Positions 12,417 through 24,659 of a DNA stretch of 64,000 nucleotides are shown here, piece after piece. The notes beneath the pieces were generated by a model, which was not told the DNA's origin, made no database searches, and saw only the letters and a program-made list of their open reading frames with translations. The DNA is from Octopus sinensis (lineage: Eukaryota): contig NC_043011.1 in assembly GCF_006345805.1 (NCBI RefSeq), forward strand, positions 29,152,464 through 29,216,463, in the 5' to 3' direction. Made by a program: the position numbers and the translations under genes. Numbering within the stretch: the first letter of the stretch is position 1; each line of letters starts with the position of its first letter.

Positions 12417-13005
12417 GCACATGGATCTATTGTTATGGTCTTTCCATCATTACAGGAATCTTACTGATGAGCCAGCCTGGGTAATAAATACTATTTTTAT
12501 TACTAAATTTGGCGAAACTGCAGTATAAGAAAAGTTAAGTTTGTAAAAAACCTCATCTCACGAAATTTATCCAGCTATTGTGTATCTAGTACACTTTCGC
12601 CTTGAATAATGATATATGTATAATATATGGCGTGTACTGGTACACCGGCGATTATAATTAATTTTATTGTATCGCATTTATCTTTGTTTCCATATTCTCT
12701 CGATAAATTTCTGACCGTTAAATATACACAATTATTTTGTCGGGTTTGTTCGGAGTCTGCGCAGTGTTTTGAATAGTTTAGAAAGAGCATTTCGATAGAA
12801 GCACATGGATCTATTGGTATTATCATTAACAGGAATCTGGGTAAATAAATACTATTTTATTACTAATGGCGAAACTATAGAATATTTGTAGTTTTTAACT
12901 ATCTCACGAATTTATCCGCTATTGTGTATAGTACACTAATGTATATATATAATATATGCGTGTACGGTACACCGGCGATATATTAATTTTATTGTAACGC
13001 ATATC
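12411..13005 (+). repeat. 384-bp tandem repeat (about 1.5 units) carrying a hammerhead ribozyme; retrozyme-like
   Basis: atagaagcacatggatctatt at 12411 and 12795; (TA)n on both sides. Confidence 0.8.
12459..12530 (+). ncRNA. Type I hammerhead ribozyme, full consensus core
   Basis: tctta-CTGATGA-gcca...tggc-GAA-ACTGCAGT-A-taaga: stem I 5 bp, stem II gcca/tggc extended by gtaataaa/tttattac, palindromic stem III, GUA cleavage triplet ending at 12525. Confidence 0.85.
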
Positions 13006-13727
13006 TATATATATATATATATATATGGGTTTCTTTCAGTTTCCATTAACTAAATACACTCTCAAGGCTTTTGTTGGCCATACTGTGGGACCAAACCTAG
13101 AGCCACGTGATTTGGAAACCAGATGCTTACCATACAGCCATGCCTGAGAATTTTGGCTGTTGTTTTTTTCGTGTGTTTTTACCTGCATGTTTACAACAGG
13201 AAAGGAACCAAAAGAAGGGACCAAAAAGGGACAAAAAGCAAGCAAAAAACTATCTGTGGAAGAAAAGCAAAAGTTAAAAATCGGTTTGTATCTTTTATCT
13301 TTTACATGTTTCAGTTGTATTTATTATCAAAATAAAGATGAAGGTGTATGGCTTAGTGGTTGGGGGTATTCGGCTCAAGATCGTAAGGCTGTGAATTTGA
13401 TACCTGGAGGTGTGTTTTGTCCTTCACTAAGAGACTTTATTTCATGCTGCTCCAGTCCACTCAGTCAGTGAAAATGAGTTGTACCTGTAGTTCAAAAAGT
13501 TCATCCTTGTCACATTCTGTTTCACACTGAATCCCCACTGAGAACTATGTTAAAGGAACAGATCAACTGGCATAGTTATTGTCACAACAGACGGAATGCT
13601 AGAGTAAAGGTATTTCACAAAAATGAAACTGATTTTGTAAGCTAAACATTCATCTTATTAAATAAAAGCCACGAATACTTAGAAAAAAGTGGTGAATTTT
13701 TGTATTTGTTATTTCAATTATTAACAA

Positions 13728-14643
13728 CTAGCAGTATAGCCCGGCATTGCTCAGGTTTGTTTTTTTAGTTGCGCTTAAAATGGCAGACTTTGATGTGGCA
13801 TTAAGAAAGTTTTGACATAGTTTCAATCTATGAATAAAAGTACAGTGTGGCGATGCTTGAGTTTGCTCTGAATGTGCTGCAAATGTGTAATGCCGACTTC
13901 AATTGTTGGTTAATATTCCTTCTATTAACATGATGGAGAAAAAAATTACCCGTAGATTTAAATCAAAATGAAGCTCAAGTTTCGAACTGTACTGAAAATC
14001 TATTAAGAAGTTAACACTGCAACTGTATTCACTAAGAAAAAGTACAGGAGAATCCAAAATGTTAGTAAGAACAGTTTGTGGTTACAAAAAAAAACAAAAA
14101 TGTTATTTTGAAGCTAAACAGGTGGGCAACATGAATCGTGGTTGTACCTGTAAAATGAATAAAATCGACTATTTTACTTCACGTATAACTAAAACAATCT
14201 GTAGAATCAAAACATACCCATTGAAGGCTTGACTTGAACATCGTAGACTGTAACAGCATGCAGATCGCACAAATTCTTTTTGACCTTTTAGAATTGGAAT
14301 TTTTGAAAAGTAAAAATTTTGCATTATGTAGCTTGTTATTCTCTTTAAGTGAACATTTTCCTGGTTGAAATACACCGAAAAATGGCGACACAGCAATAAA
14401 AAAATCGTAAAAAATAGAGATTTTCATTGAAAAAAAAAGCACCTTTTTGATGTAAATAATTTTTGGTTTTAACATGGTCCGATTTGAATTTTTTCTCCTA
14501 CGGAATGAAGAGCAAGCCTTCTTCTATCATACTCTCAATTTTGGTGAACTTGTGCTGCAGGGTCTAGGAGGAGATAGTGTTAGTTGAAGGCTACCAAACC
14601 TACCACACACACACACAGACAACTTCAGCTTTATAGATATAGA
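13728..14643 (-). mobile_element. Non-autonomous Helitron
   Basis: 5' A|TCTATATCTATAAAGC at 14643; 3' hairpin cctgagcaatgccggg then CTAG|T ending at 13728. Confidence 0.75.
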
Positions 14644-14756
14644 TTATCTGTTTTCTTTCAGTATGTTTTATGCTGTTGTTCACCATTTTATACATACAAA
14701 GATTGATACGATTCTGAAAGACTAGATATTGGGCACGGGCATGGTTTTGTAGATAG

Positions 14757-15108
14757 GTGCAGGTGTGTCTGTGTGGTAAGACACTTACTTCTCAGTCACA
14801 TGGCTCAGGGTTCAGTCTCATTGAACTTTGGGCAAGTGGTCTCACCAAAGCCTTGCAAGTGGATTTGGTAGTTGGATGGAAACTGAAAGAAGCCTGTTTG
14901 TGTCTGTGTTTGTTCCCCACCACTTCTTGACAGCCAGTATTGGTGTATTCATGTCTCTGTAACATAGCAGTTTGGTGAAAGAGATTGATTGGGTAAGTAC
15001 CAGGCTTTGAAAAAAAAGTATTTGAGGTCGATTCATTCAGCTAAAAAATGCTTGAGGGTGATGCCCTAGCATGGCCACAATCTAATGACTGAAGCAAGTA
15101 AAAGATAA
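14757..15108 (+). mobile_element. SINE family A (diverged)
   Basis: Head and tail homology. Confidence 0.75.
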
Positions 15109-16056
15109 AAGGTATCATGTTAGAAAATAGAAAACAAAATAGTCACAGGTGGTAAGCCTTTAATCATAGATCCATTGTGGCAACACCTACATCAAAAACA
15201 CAACAAGTTTTGATCCTCTGCAAATGAAAAAAGAAATATTTATACATACAGGACCTTGTCCTTTTGTAAAACGCTGAAGTTAGTAGAGAGAAGAGGTGCT
15301 GGATTTGATGCTTGAAAGTAACTCACAGTTTTTATTTTTATTGTAACTGAGAAACTAAAGGAAAAATAACACTGTGTAACAAAATATTTACTTTTTTTCT
15401 TTAGTAAGTTATTTTCTATTTGACACCAATGTTTTGAAACTGACCTATTTTCCATTACATTTCAGACAGATCCAGTTCTGAGTTGCTGAAGCAGAAATGT
15501 AATTATACCTAATATTCTGCTGAATACTACAGATTTGCTTGTCAGTTGATTGACCTTAATCGCTTGAACACGTCCCTTAGGGGCTGACAATAGGTGCATC
15601 TCTGATCACGAACAGGAGTTGTGGGGTAGCATCATAGCCATGTGTTGAGACAGATTTTTGGCAGTTTGAATAAATGTAATAAAAGCAAAGTTTAGAGGAA
15701 ATATTTGCGATTTTTCATACTTTCTAGGGGTAAGTAAATAGGAAATTACAGTTGATACCCAAGGACAAAAATTGTGTGACACTGTTAACATTAAAAAAAT
15801 TACAGAAGTTTCGTGAGCAGTTAAAAAGAAGTAATATAAAAAAAATCTTGTGTCTTAGGAGAATAATTACATCAATAATAATAAAGACACAAGATTTGTT
15901 TCAGTACACGAATTCGCATAAAGAACTTGCAACCCAGGTAGAGAACGAAGTAATTCAGATATTTACGATTTTATCTTCCTTGAATCATTTAAAGTCTAAG
16001 GGAGATAACTTCAAGCATTCTGGAGTTTTGCTGAGTCGCCAAGTTACGAGGTAAAT

Positions 16057-16102
<46 letters not shown>

Positions 16103-16114
16103 CACAGACAGACA

Positions 16115-16147
<33 letters not shown>

Positions 16148-16510
16148 CAGACAGACAGACACACACACACACACACACACACGCACGCACACACAACTCA
16201 ATTGAAGAATTAGACTTTACTTTTATATTTTCACTAACGAATGGAATACTTGATTCGAATTTCATCAAAATTGGAGATTAAGAATTTTAATGAGGGTTCT
16301 TTCTGTCTTTACACATCCTAACAAAAATTCTAATCATGACATATTTATCCTATACTACTCATCTTTATGTCCAGATTCCAAAATCCAAATCTTATAAAAC
16401 CCATTCAAAGGTTTTTGCCCCTGAAAAATGGAGCACATGGAGCACATGAAGCTCTAAAATGTGTGAGTTAAGGCCTCTATTAAGGGGTCCTTAAAGTCAA
16501 CTAGAGAAGT

Positions 16511-18180
16511 TGAATAGTTGAGAATCTTTTTTAACTTGTGTTTATATCTATTGCTCAAATTTCTTTGAAATCGGAAATATATGAATGTTCACTGGGTTTG
16601 TGAAAGAGAACAAAGCTACGGGAAACCAAAAGACGAATGATCACCATAAGCAGTCAGCTACCCTACCCTAGTCGTTACCACTCCCCAATGTAGGATTCCT
16701 CACCGTACAGGGGACCGGCGCAGTCATAAGATGCATTACAGATCTATAGTAATTGGAAGGGCGTGACCCAACTCAAAATAAACATTAACAACTGTGTGAC
16801 GTGAGGGCTAAGGGGAAATGAAAGTGTCACCTCTGGATTTTGCCAATGATCACTATGCCGATAGGTAACTGAACGGAATAAATTTGCAATCTATAAATCT
16901 CTATGAATGACCAATCACTTATATCTGGAAAGGCTTTGAAAACAATGTTACCATCTGAGGACTATCTCTGACCCAGTGATAAAAAAAAAACAAAAAAACT
17001 CGAAGGAGGCTTGCAACCAAATAACTTTACTCAAAATAACACCTTGCAACTGAATCAGTCTATATCTTGGAGTCTTGCCACCAACTTAACTTTTTGCAGC
17101 TAATATCTCCCTCGCCACAAAATGGCCTAAACGTCTCATTCGAAACACGGACCAAACCAATCACTTTTTTTTCTCGTTTGAATCGAAAAAGACAGAAGCG
17201 AAGAGAGAATTACCGTAGTCTTAGCTGTCGGTCCAGAGAAAGGGTCACTTTCAACATCCACGTCTTGTCACGATCCCCAATGTTCACTCCACGTCTTTGT
17301 GTGTTATCCGTTACTCTACCGTCTCACACGTCTGATCTGATGTGCTGTTCGCCGCCGACTGACTCTCGTGCTTCTCTGAATGCCGCATATCCACCTCGGA
17401 ATGGTGAGGAGTGAAGGAATTATATTTTACATGAAGAGATGCTTCTTTTCAATTCAACGACTGTATTGAAAAAAAAAAAAGCCTAGAATATCCTTGTCAG
17501 GCGGAGAAATTCCGATAGTCTATTTTTCGATTATATGACGGGGTGAGCGCGAACGCAGACCCCACACTTAGAAATAGCGCACCCGAGTCGCCCACATTTG
17601 GGGCGATCGCAAAGGTCAACCCAACCGGAGTGCAATGGAAGGGCCTCACTTTGGGAGAACCACCTTGATGATCATGGTTTACTCCTGTGCCAGGTAAGTA
17701 TGTCTTTTGGCGTTCACTAATCTCATATAAACGATATTTGCATTGTAACTTTACTGATATTGCCTCTTATATTACCTTGAAAATATAATTTTTCAGAAAA
17801 TTTCATTATGTATATTTAACTCAACTACTACAACTCATTATTTCTAATTCAATGGTTTAGTAAGATAATGCTTTAATTTCTTGAAATATTATAAAATTTT
17901 GAAATTATAGCCTTGTTTAATCCAACAGTAACGGTAAATGAACAAGGGAGACAATTCCAGTTTTATTTGTAAGTTTACCGATAAAAATATTTACTGTAAT
18001 ACATTTACGACACAAAACGAGCCAACAAAAGAGCATCTTACATGATCGTTAGGCATGCTAGATATAACAGCAAAATCTTCCCCAAATTACACACAATGGT
18101 TTCTATTTTTTACAAAGATGAAAACTAACCAGGGCTGGTTGTCAAGTGGTGGTGCTGGACAAATAGAGCATACACACACG
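16511..18180. repeat. Deleted duplicate of 1-2810
   Basis: Colinear match with two internal deletions. Confidence 0.9.
17539..17701 (-). ncRNA. U1: U1 snRNA gene, copy 4
   Basis: 163 nt, same motifs; loop I GAUCAUCAAG. Confidence 0.97.
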
Positions 18181-18413
18181 CACGTATATGATATCTGTAT
18201 ATATACCAGTGTATGTACGACCGGTTGATTGATGCCCGGAATAAGTAATATCGTGTTTCGTTGAAATATAGACATACATTCAAGACACAATTATGTAAAA
18301 CATTATTATTTTACTACTAAATACAATATTTTATAAAACAAAAACCACTGACGGAAGACTTTTACAATCAATGCTTGTAGCGTAGTGAGGAAGGAAGAGG
18401 AGGATATATTATA

Positions 18414-18494
<81 letters not shown>

Positions 18495-19760
18495 CTAGCA
18501 GAATTGTCGGCGTTGCTCGGGGCTGAATTGCTTGAAAGTACTGTTAATGATTGCACTGAATTATGATGATTATTCAGGCAAATATTGATATAAGTTTACG
18601 GTGGGAGATAAGGACTTAACGATCAAACGGGTGCCATTGCATTGTTTTGGGGGAACCCAATTTCTAATGAGCATTATAGGGGCACCAACTTTAAGTTTGA
18701 GAATGTGTGGTGGTAGTCCGGGGTGCTCAAAGGAATTGAGTACCTCTATTGGATAGTTGATGACGTCCTCTGGGTCAGGAGTTTTAGCATTTCATCACTA
18801 ATATGGTGAACAGTTTTATTCCTCGGGGCAAATAGCCCTTTGGCCAATCCAATCCATATTCTGATAATTAGCTTGTAGATCTGGGAACACTGCATCTCTG
18901 AGATCAGAAGGCGTTTTGACAATGGTACAAATGGAATCGATGGCAATATTACCATTTTCACACCTGGTATTTTGCCTTCGCCAAGTGCAAGGAGGGTGTG
19001 AGGAAATGCTGCTGATGTGATATTACGTCGCATATGAGCACGCATATTGGTGTGAAGTTTGAGAGTCTTCACCAGTGGCCACAATGTGGATGACTTAAGA
19101 CACGCACTTACTGCATCAGCTCTAGTCCCTTTGGGAATAACGGGATGTGTTTGTCGGAAGTCCCCTGAAAGAAGAAGTGTTATGCCTCCCATGGGAGCGA
19201 AGAGTGTTTGATGTCTCTGAGAGATCTATCTAGTGCCTCAAGAGCACGTCCGTGGGCCATCGTGCATTCATCCCAAACGATAAGCTTGCATCGTCTGAAG
19301 ACTTCTGCCTGATCGGAGCTGTTACTGAAGTTGCAAGTTGGTGTCTCAGTCTTCGCTAAGTCAAACGGAAGCTTGAAAGTGGAGTGAGCTGTCCTGCCGC
19401 CTGACAACAAAGTAGCCGCAATTCCAGATGATGCCACAGCTAGGGCAATGCCTTGTGTTCGCCTAATCTCAGTCAATAATTTGTTGACAAAAGTTTTCCC
19501 AGTGCCCCCAGGAGCGTCCAGGAAAAAGATCCTCCCAATTTTGGCCCGGACTGAATTAAGAACGGAGTTGTAACCGAACTTGTGTTCTGGAAGGAGCTTT
19601 GGCTCATTGTCGGCTATGTACTCGGCAAGCTCATCAACATTAAAACATGTCTCACGCAGCAAATGTAAAGACAGAGTGTTTGTGCCTTTCCGGTTTGTTG
19701 AAGGTAGGCCATAGACCGGCAAGGCACTACCGCCCATATCAAGTACAGTATCTTCGAACG
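18495..19760 (-). mobile_element. Helitron remnant with PIF1-like helicase fragments
   Basis: [64 protein letters not shown] motifs; 3' hairpin cccgagcaacgccga then CTAG|T at 18495. Confidence 0.93.
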
Positions 19761-20173
19761 TAGTTTGTTACCACACAGCCACACCTGCCCCTATGTATGT
19801 GTGTGTTTGTGTTTGTTCGTGTGTGTGTATGGGTAGATATATTATGCATGTATATATGTGTATATATATATGTGTAAAGACGGTGAAAATATTGTCAATT
19901 TCCCCAAACAGGGACACAATTCAATTTTGAAACAATAACGAAAGCCCCTTCTCCGAAAGGGGGAGGGTTACGGTTTACAATTATTTAACAAATGTAACAC
20001 AACAACATTTCCCGGCGAGGAACCAAACAAACGTGATTACATAGTCAAACAGTAATAATACTAACAACAAACCTTTTAATTTATCCCCATTTATGTGAAA
20101 CCCTTATTCAAGTTCAAGTCATTGATGCAATTTTATACGAATTGCTAATACACACACACACATAATAAGGGTG

Positions 20174-20251
<78 letters not shown>

Positions 20252-20360
20252 TATAGCAAGGAAAAATTGTAAAAAGGCAGGAAGCTAAATTGAAAGGAAA
20301 TTTTAATGAAAATGGGTGTATGGAAAAGTTTTTGAAAAATTGATAAAATATATATATATT

Positions 20361-20402
20361 AATTCAAACCGGTTTTCGTCATAATGTGACTTTTCAAGAA
20401 TT
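20361..20402 (-). ncRNA. Decayed minimal Penelope-type hammerhead
   Basis: aattc-TTGAAAA-gtca catta tgac-GAA-AACCGGTT-T-gaatt; stems intact, two core substitutions, so probably inactive. Confidence 0.55.
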
Positions 20403-21099
20403 GTAAAGAAAAGAAATTTTTTTAATGTGAGGAGGGTGAAAAAAGAAAATTACATTGTTTTTTATAAAAAAATAAAAATAAATATATACAAAATTAAAAA
20501 ATAGGTACTCCGATACATTGTAAAGTCTTTGTGTGTCTTGAGTTTAATGATTGTTCACGAAAAAATTACCTTGAAGTACTGAGACCCAATGGGATTAAAT
20601 CCATGTGTTGTTTAATTTAATTAAGGGTGTCTCTTAAGTGCATGGCAAAACAGGAAGTAGTAGTAGTCCAGTTCCTGTGTTGTGAATAAGGGGAGACAAC
20701 TTTATGGGTTTTAAGCTCTTCAATTTGTGTTTATAAATTTTTTGTAATAAAGGGTGTTAATAAACCTTAATTTATAAAATTATCATTTTTACTTCATTTG
20801 CATTATCTTTTTTATATAATTGTTTGCTAACTTAACATTCAGATTTTAACACTTTATTTATATTGTTTTCTAATTATATAAATTTGCATAAACCAATTTA
20901 TAATTACATTTCAGATTGTTATGTCATAATAATAAAAATAATATAATAATAACAACAACAATAATAATAATGATATTTAAAGAATATAAGTTTTAGCTTG
21001 AGGTGATGACTGCATGGTATCCTTATATATTTGTGTTAGTCCATCCATGAAGAATGAGGTAGAAAAAAGAAGTATGATCAACGGGAGGTTTGCATATTA

Positions 21100-21430
21100 A
21101 GATGCGTTTTGAATTTTCAATAAAGACATTCTCCTTGTTAATTCTCTCCTGTGTGGTGATTCCGTCTTTACATTGGTAGAAGGGGGAAATGTAGAATTTG
21201 GGATTTTTTTTTGTCTAGCGCATGAGTCTATGTGGTCACTCAGTGGGATTTGCCGGTATTCCAGGAGATTTATTTGTTCTTTATGCACCGCTACTCTTTT
21301 ACGTAACGGGAGGCTCATTTGTCCAACATAATTATGTTGGTAACCAGCGCATGTGAGACCGTAGATAAGGTTCTCGGAGGAACAGGAGAAGTTGGTCTTG
21401 ATTTTAAACTTCGTTCCTTGTTTGAAGATA
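21100..21430 (-). mobile_element. Penelope-like element GIY-YIG endonuclease fragment
   Basis: FKQGTKFKIKTNFSCSSENLIYGLTCAG..HNYVGQ....LRKRVAVHKEQI...PLSDHIDSC. Confidence 0.85.
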
Positions 21431-21654
21431 AATATATATATATATACCGGAGTAAACACATAAATGTGAAACAGGGTGGAAAAAAGAGTACTCAAATACC
21501 AGTGGTAGAGTAATATGCTTTATTTAAAGCAGCAAAAAAAAAAAAATAAATAAATGGATTCATCACAGTAATGCAATGAGTAAAATAATTGGCAATCTTT
21601 TGGTTAAAATAAGCAGCAAAGAAAAAACTTATTTCTTTAATTTTACTCTTCAGC

Positions 21655-21819
21655 ACAGGAGTGGCTGTGTGGTAAGTAGCTTGCTTACCAACCACATAGT
21701 TCTGGGTTCAGTCCCACTGTGTGACACCTTGGGCAAGTGTCTTCTGCTCTAGCCTCAGGCCGACCAAAGCCTTGTGAGTGGATTTGGTACATGGAAACTG
21801 AAAAAAGCCCACTGTATAT

Positions 21820-21907
<88 letters not shown>

Positions 21908-22136
21908 TATATGTATGTATGTATGTATATGTTTGTGTGTCTGTTTTTGTCCCCCAACATCGCTTGACAACCGATGCTGGTGTGTTTACATCCCCGTCAC
22001 TTAGCAATTTGGCAAGAGAGACTGATAGAATAAGTGCTAGGCTTACAAAGAATAAGTCCTGAGGTCGATTTGCTCAACTAAAGGCGGTGCCCCAACATGG
22101 CCGCAGTCAAATGACTGAAAACAAATAAAAGAATAA
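21655..22136 (+). mobile_element. SINE family A (inverted duplicate of 9692-10123)
   Basis: Near-identical reverse complement. Confidence 0.85.
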
Positions 22137-22363
22137 AAAAGCTGAATTACTTATGTTTATGTATATTTTGTGTATGTATTAAGTGTTTGTGTGTATATAA
22201 TATATTTGTGTAAGTATTGTATATGTATGTGTGTATAAACATACATACACAAATATACATAAATGCACATAAATACATACTTACACTTATACACACAGAT
22301 ATACATACACACATAAACACATATATGCCAAAGTTGCATAAACATAGTACTTACACAAATATA

Positions 22364-22923
22364 TTGGGCTGTCCGGAAAGTTCGTGCCGATTTTTAAAGG
22401 AAAAAAAGGTCTAAATATTTGCCATTACATCTTTAATCAACCAAATATGAACCATTTTGTTGCGCAATGCGTCTCCATCTTTCCTTTAACTTGAAAATAC
22501 CCTCTTCCAGAACTGAGGTGGGTTCATGGCAAAGAATTCATCAAGGTATCTTTTACGTCATCCAAGGAATTGAAATTTTTATCATTAAGACTATTCTGCA
22601 GAGACCTGAATAAGTGGAAATCTGAAGGAGCAAATATCTGGTGAATATGGAGGGTGGGGTAACACATCCCAACCGAGCTGCAGCAATTTTTGTCTGGTTC
22701 CCAAAGTATCAAGTGCCAAAATGGACTTTCTTATCTTCCATTTTAAAGGGTTACAGAATTAACACAGGTTATAGGAACATAAGTCTTCTTCCACGAAAAG
22801 ACAGCTTAAACTGTGCTCTAAATGGAGGTGTAGTCAAATCCTGTTTTATGGACTCAACCATGTTCTAAAATAAGTCGAAAGGTAAGCTACTATAAATCGG
22901 CACAAACTTTCCGGACAACCCAA
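22364..22923 (-). mobile_element. Internally deleted Mariner (inverted duplicate of 8898-9462)
   Basis: TIRs flanked by TA; frameshifted transposase C-terminus. Confidence 0.9.
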
Positions 22924-24584
22924 TACATGTACACAAACACATATTACATGCACAAACATTACGTAAACATAAGTGACTCAGCTTCATTTGCTCTTCATAG
23001 ACATATTATGCCTTTATGGAATCAGGATGATCCCGGGATTGAAAATCTATCCTTCATTTGGTTCTTGAACATACGGAATTGGAATCTGATTTAAAAGCAT
23101 TTGGGTTGCTATTTCTATCAGGTAAAGCTTGGCAGATTCAGATGACATCAGAGATCAAGGGGCATATAAATGACATTTTCTTCGTAAATTATATGTTGAG
23201 ATAAGAACTTTGGGATGAATCAGCCAACTGTTGGAATTCAACTTGGGACTGGAACAATAGAATGACTGCATTGCAGAATTAATTCTCATACGTCCTTAAC
23301 CTCTGATCAAACAACACCAGGGCATATAGTCATTATAGATGTATTATTATTCCTTTATTGCCCACAGGGGGCTAAACACAGAGGGGACAATCAAGGACAG
23401 GCAAAGGGTTTAAGTTGATTACACCAAATTCAGTGCATAACTGGTACTTATTTAATCGACCCTGAAAGGATGAAAAGCAAAGTCGACTTGGCGAAATTTG
23501 AAATCAGAATGCAATGGCAGACGAAATACCGCTAAGCATTTCGCCCGGTGTGCTAACGATTCTGGCAACTCGCCTATAGATGTATTATAATCATGTTATT
23601 TAGCTCTCTTTAGTTTTGAGCCGCAGGCCCAATTAGCTCTCTGCAGTGGTTAGTTTAAATGTCCAACCGGAGTGTGGCTTTTAAGCTAGTAACCTATAAA
23701 TTATGGACTTAATACACGTCCACTACACCATGCTGCTCTGCCTATTAACTTCACTGATTCAGTTTAAATCGGTGATTCTCAACCAATTTTTTGCTTATGG
23801 TCCCTGTTGATTCCTATTTTACTCAGGAAGTGGGGACTGTCATAGTCATTCGATGTATAAAAACTCCTACTATATTTTTATGATTAAATATTATTAGGAA
23901 TTGTATAAAAAAATATATATGTTGTGTATTATAGAAATATAACCAGTTTCTTGCTCATAAATTTTAACAACAAAACTTGTATGGACCCCAGTTAAGACCC
24001 AGTGGTTTAAATTATGAATTATAACATGGCATATCAAAATCACTTTCTAACTCCGCTTTCTGCCCCCACTCCCACCCACCCTTTTGTTGCCATCTCTACC
24101 CTTATCCTTTTTCCTTCTCTCTATGCTTTCATCAATTTTCTGATAGTTATTGACCTATCAAGTCATTCAGAACTATGATGAAAAATATTCCATACTTGAC
24201 AATACCTTTTTATCTCTGTGTCTAAAATTATATTACCAAATGTCTTTATTTTTCTGAAAAGAAAAAAAAATCATTGTGTATATTGCGAGGAAGATTTGGT
24301 TGTTATATCTAGCTTGTCTAGCGACCTTGTAATGACTCATTCGTTGCCTCGTTTTGTGTAGTAAATGTATTACAGTAAATATTTTTATCGGTAAACTTAC
24401 AAATAAAACTGGAATTATCTCCCTTATTCACTTGCCTGTACCGTTAATGTAAATAAGATTATAATTTCAAAAATATTAACAGATTTCGGCATTAAATTAA
24501 CGCATCACTTAATTAGAAATAATAAGGGTAGAGTGGTGTTATAACGTATATAAGAAAATTTGTTGAAAAGTTAATATTTTAAAG

Positions 24585-24659
24585 TAATATTAGAGGCAAT
24601 ATCAGTGAAGTTACAATGCAAATATCGTTTATATGAGATTTGTGAACGCCGAAAAAAAT
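24585..24659 (+). promoter_or_regulatory. U1 proximal promoter region (PSE position plus TTTATAT at -32..-26)
   Basis: taatattagaggcaatatcagtgaagttacaatgcaaatatcgtttatatgag is nearly invariant in all six copies while -80..-250 is diverged in copies 5/6; position matches snRNA proximal elements. Confidence 0.6.

Larger units (their letters stand above)
12060..13145 (-). mobile_element. SINE family A split by insertion in its central (TA)n
   Basis: Tail half 12060-12290 and head half 13020-13145 flank (TA)n plus the hammerhead repeat. Confidence 0.7.

Noticed and set aside
19942-19969. GC-rich hairpin with GAAA tetraloop
   Set aside because: Isolated; no RNA family context or second copy
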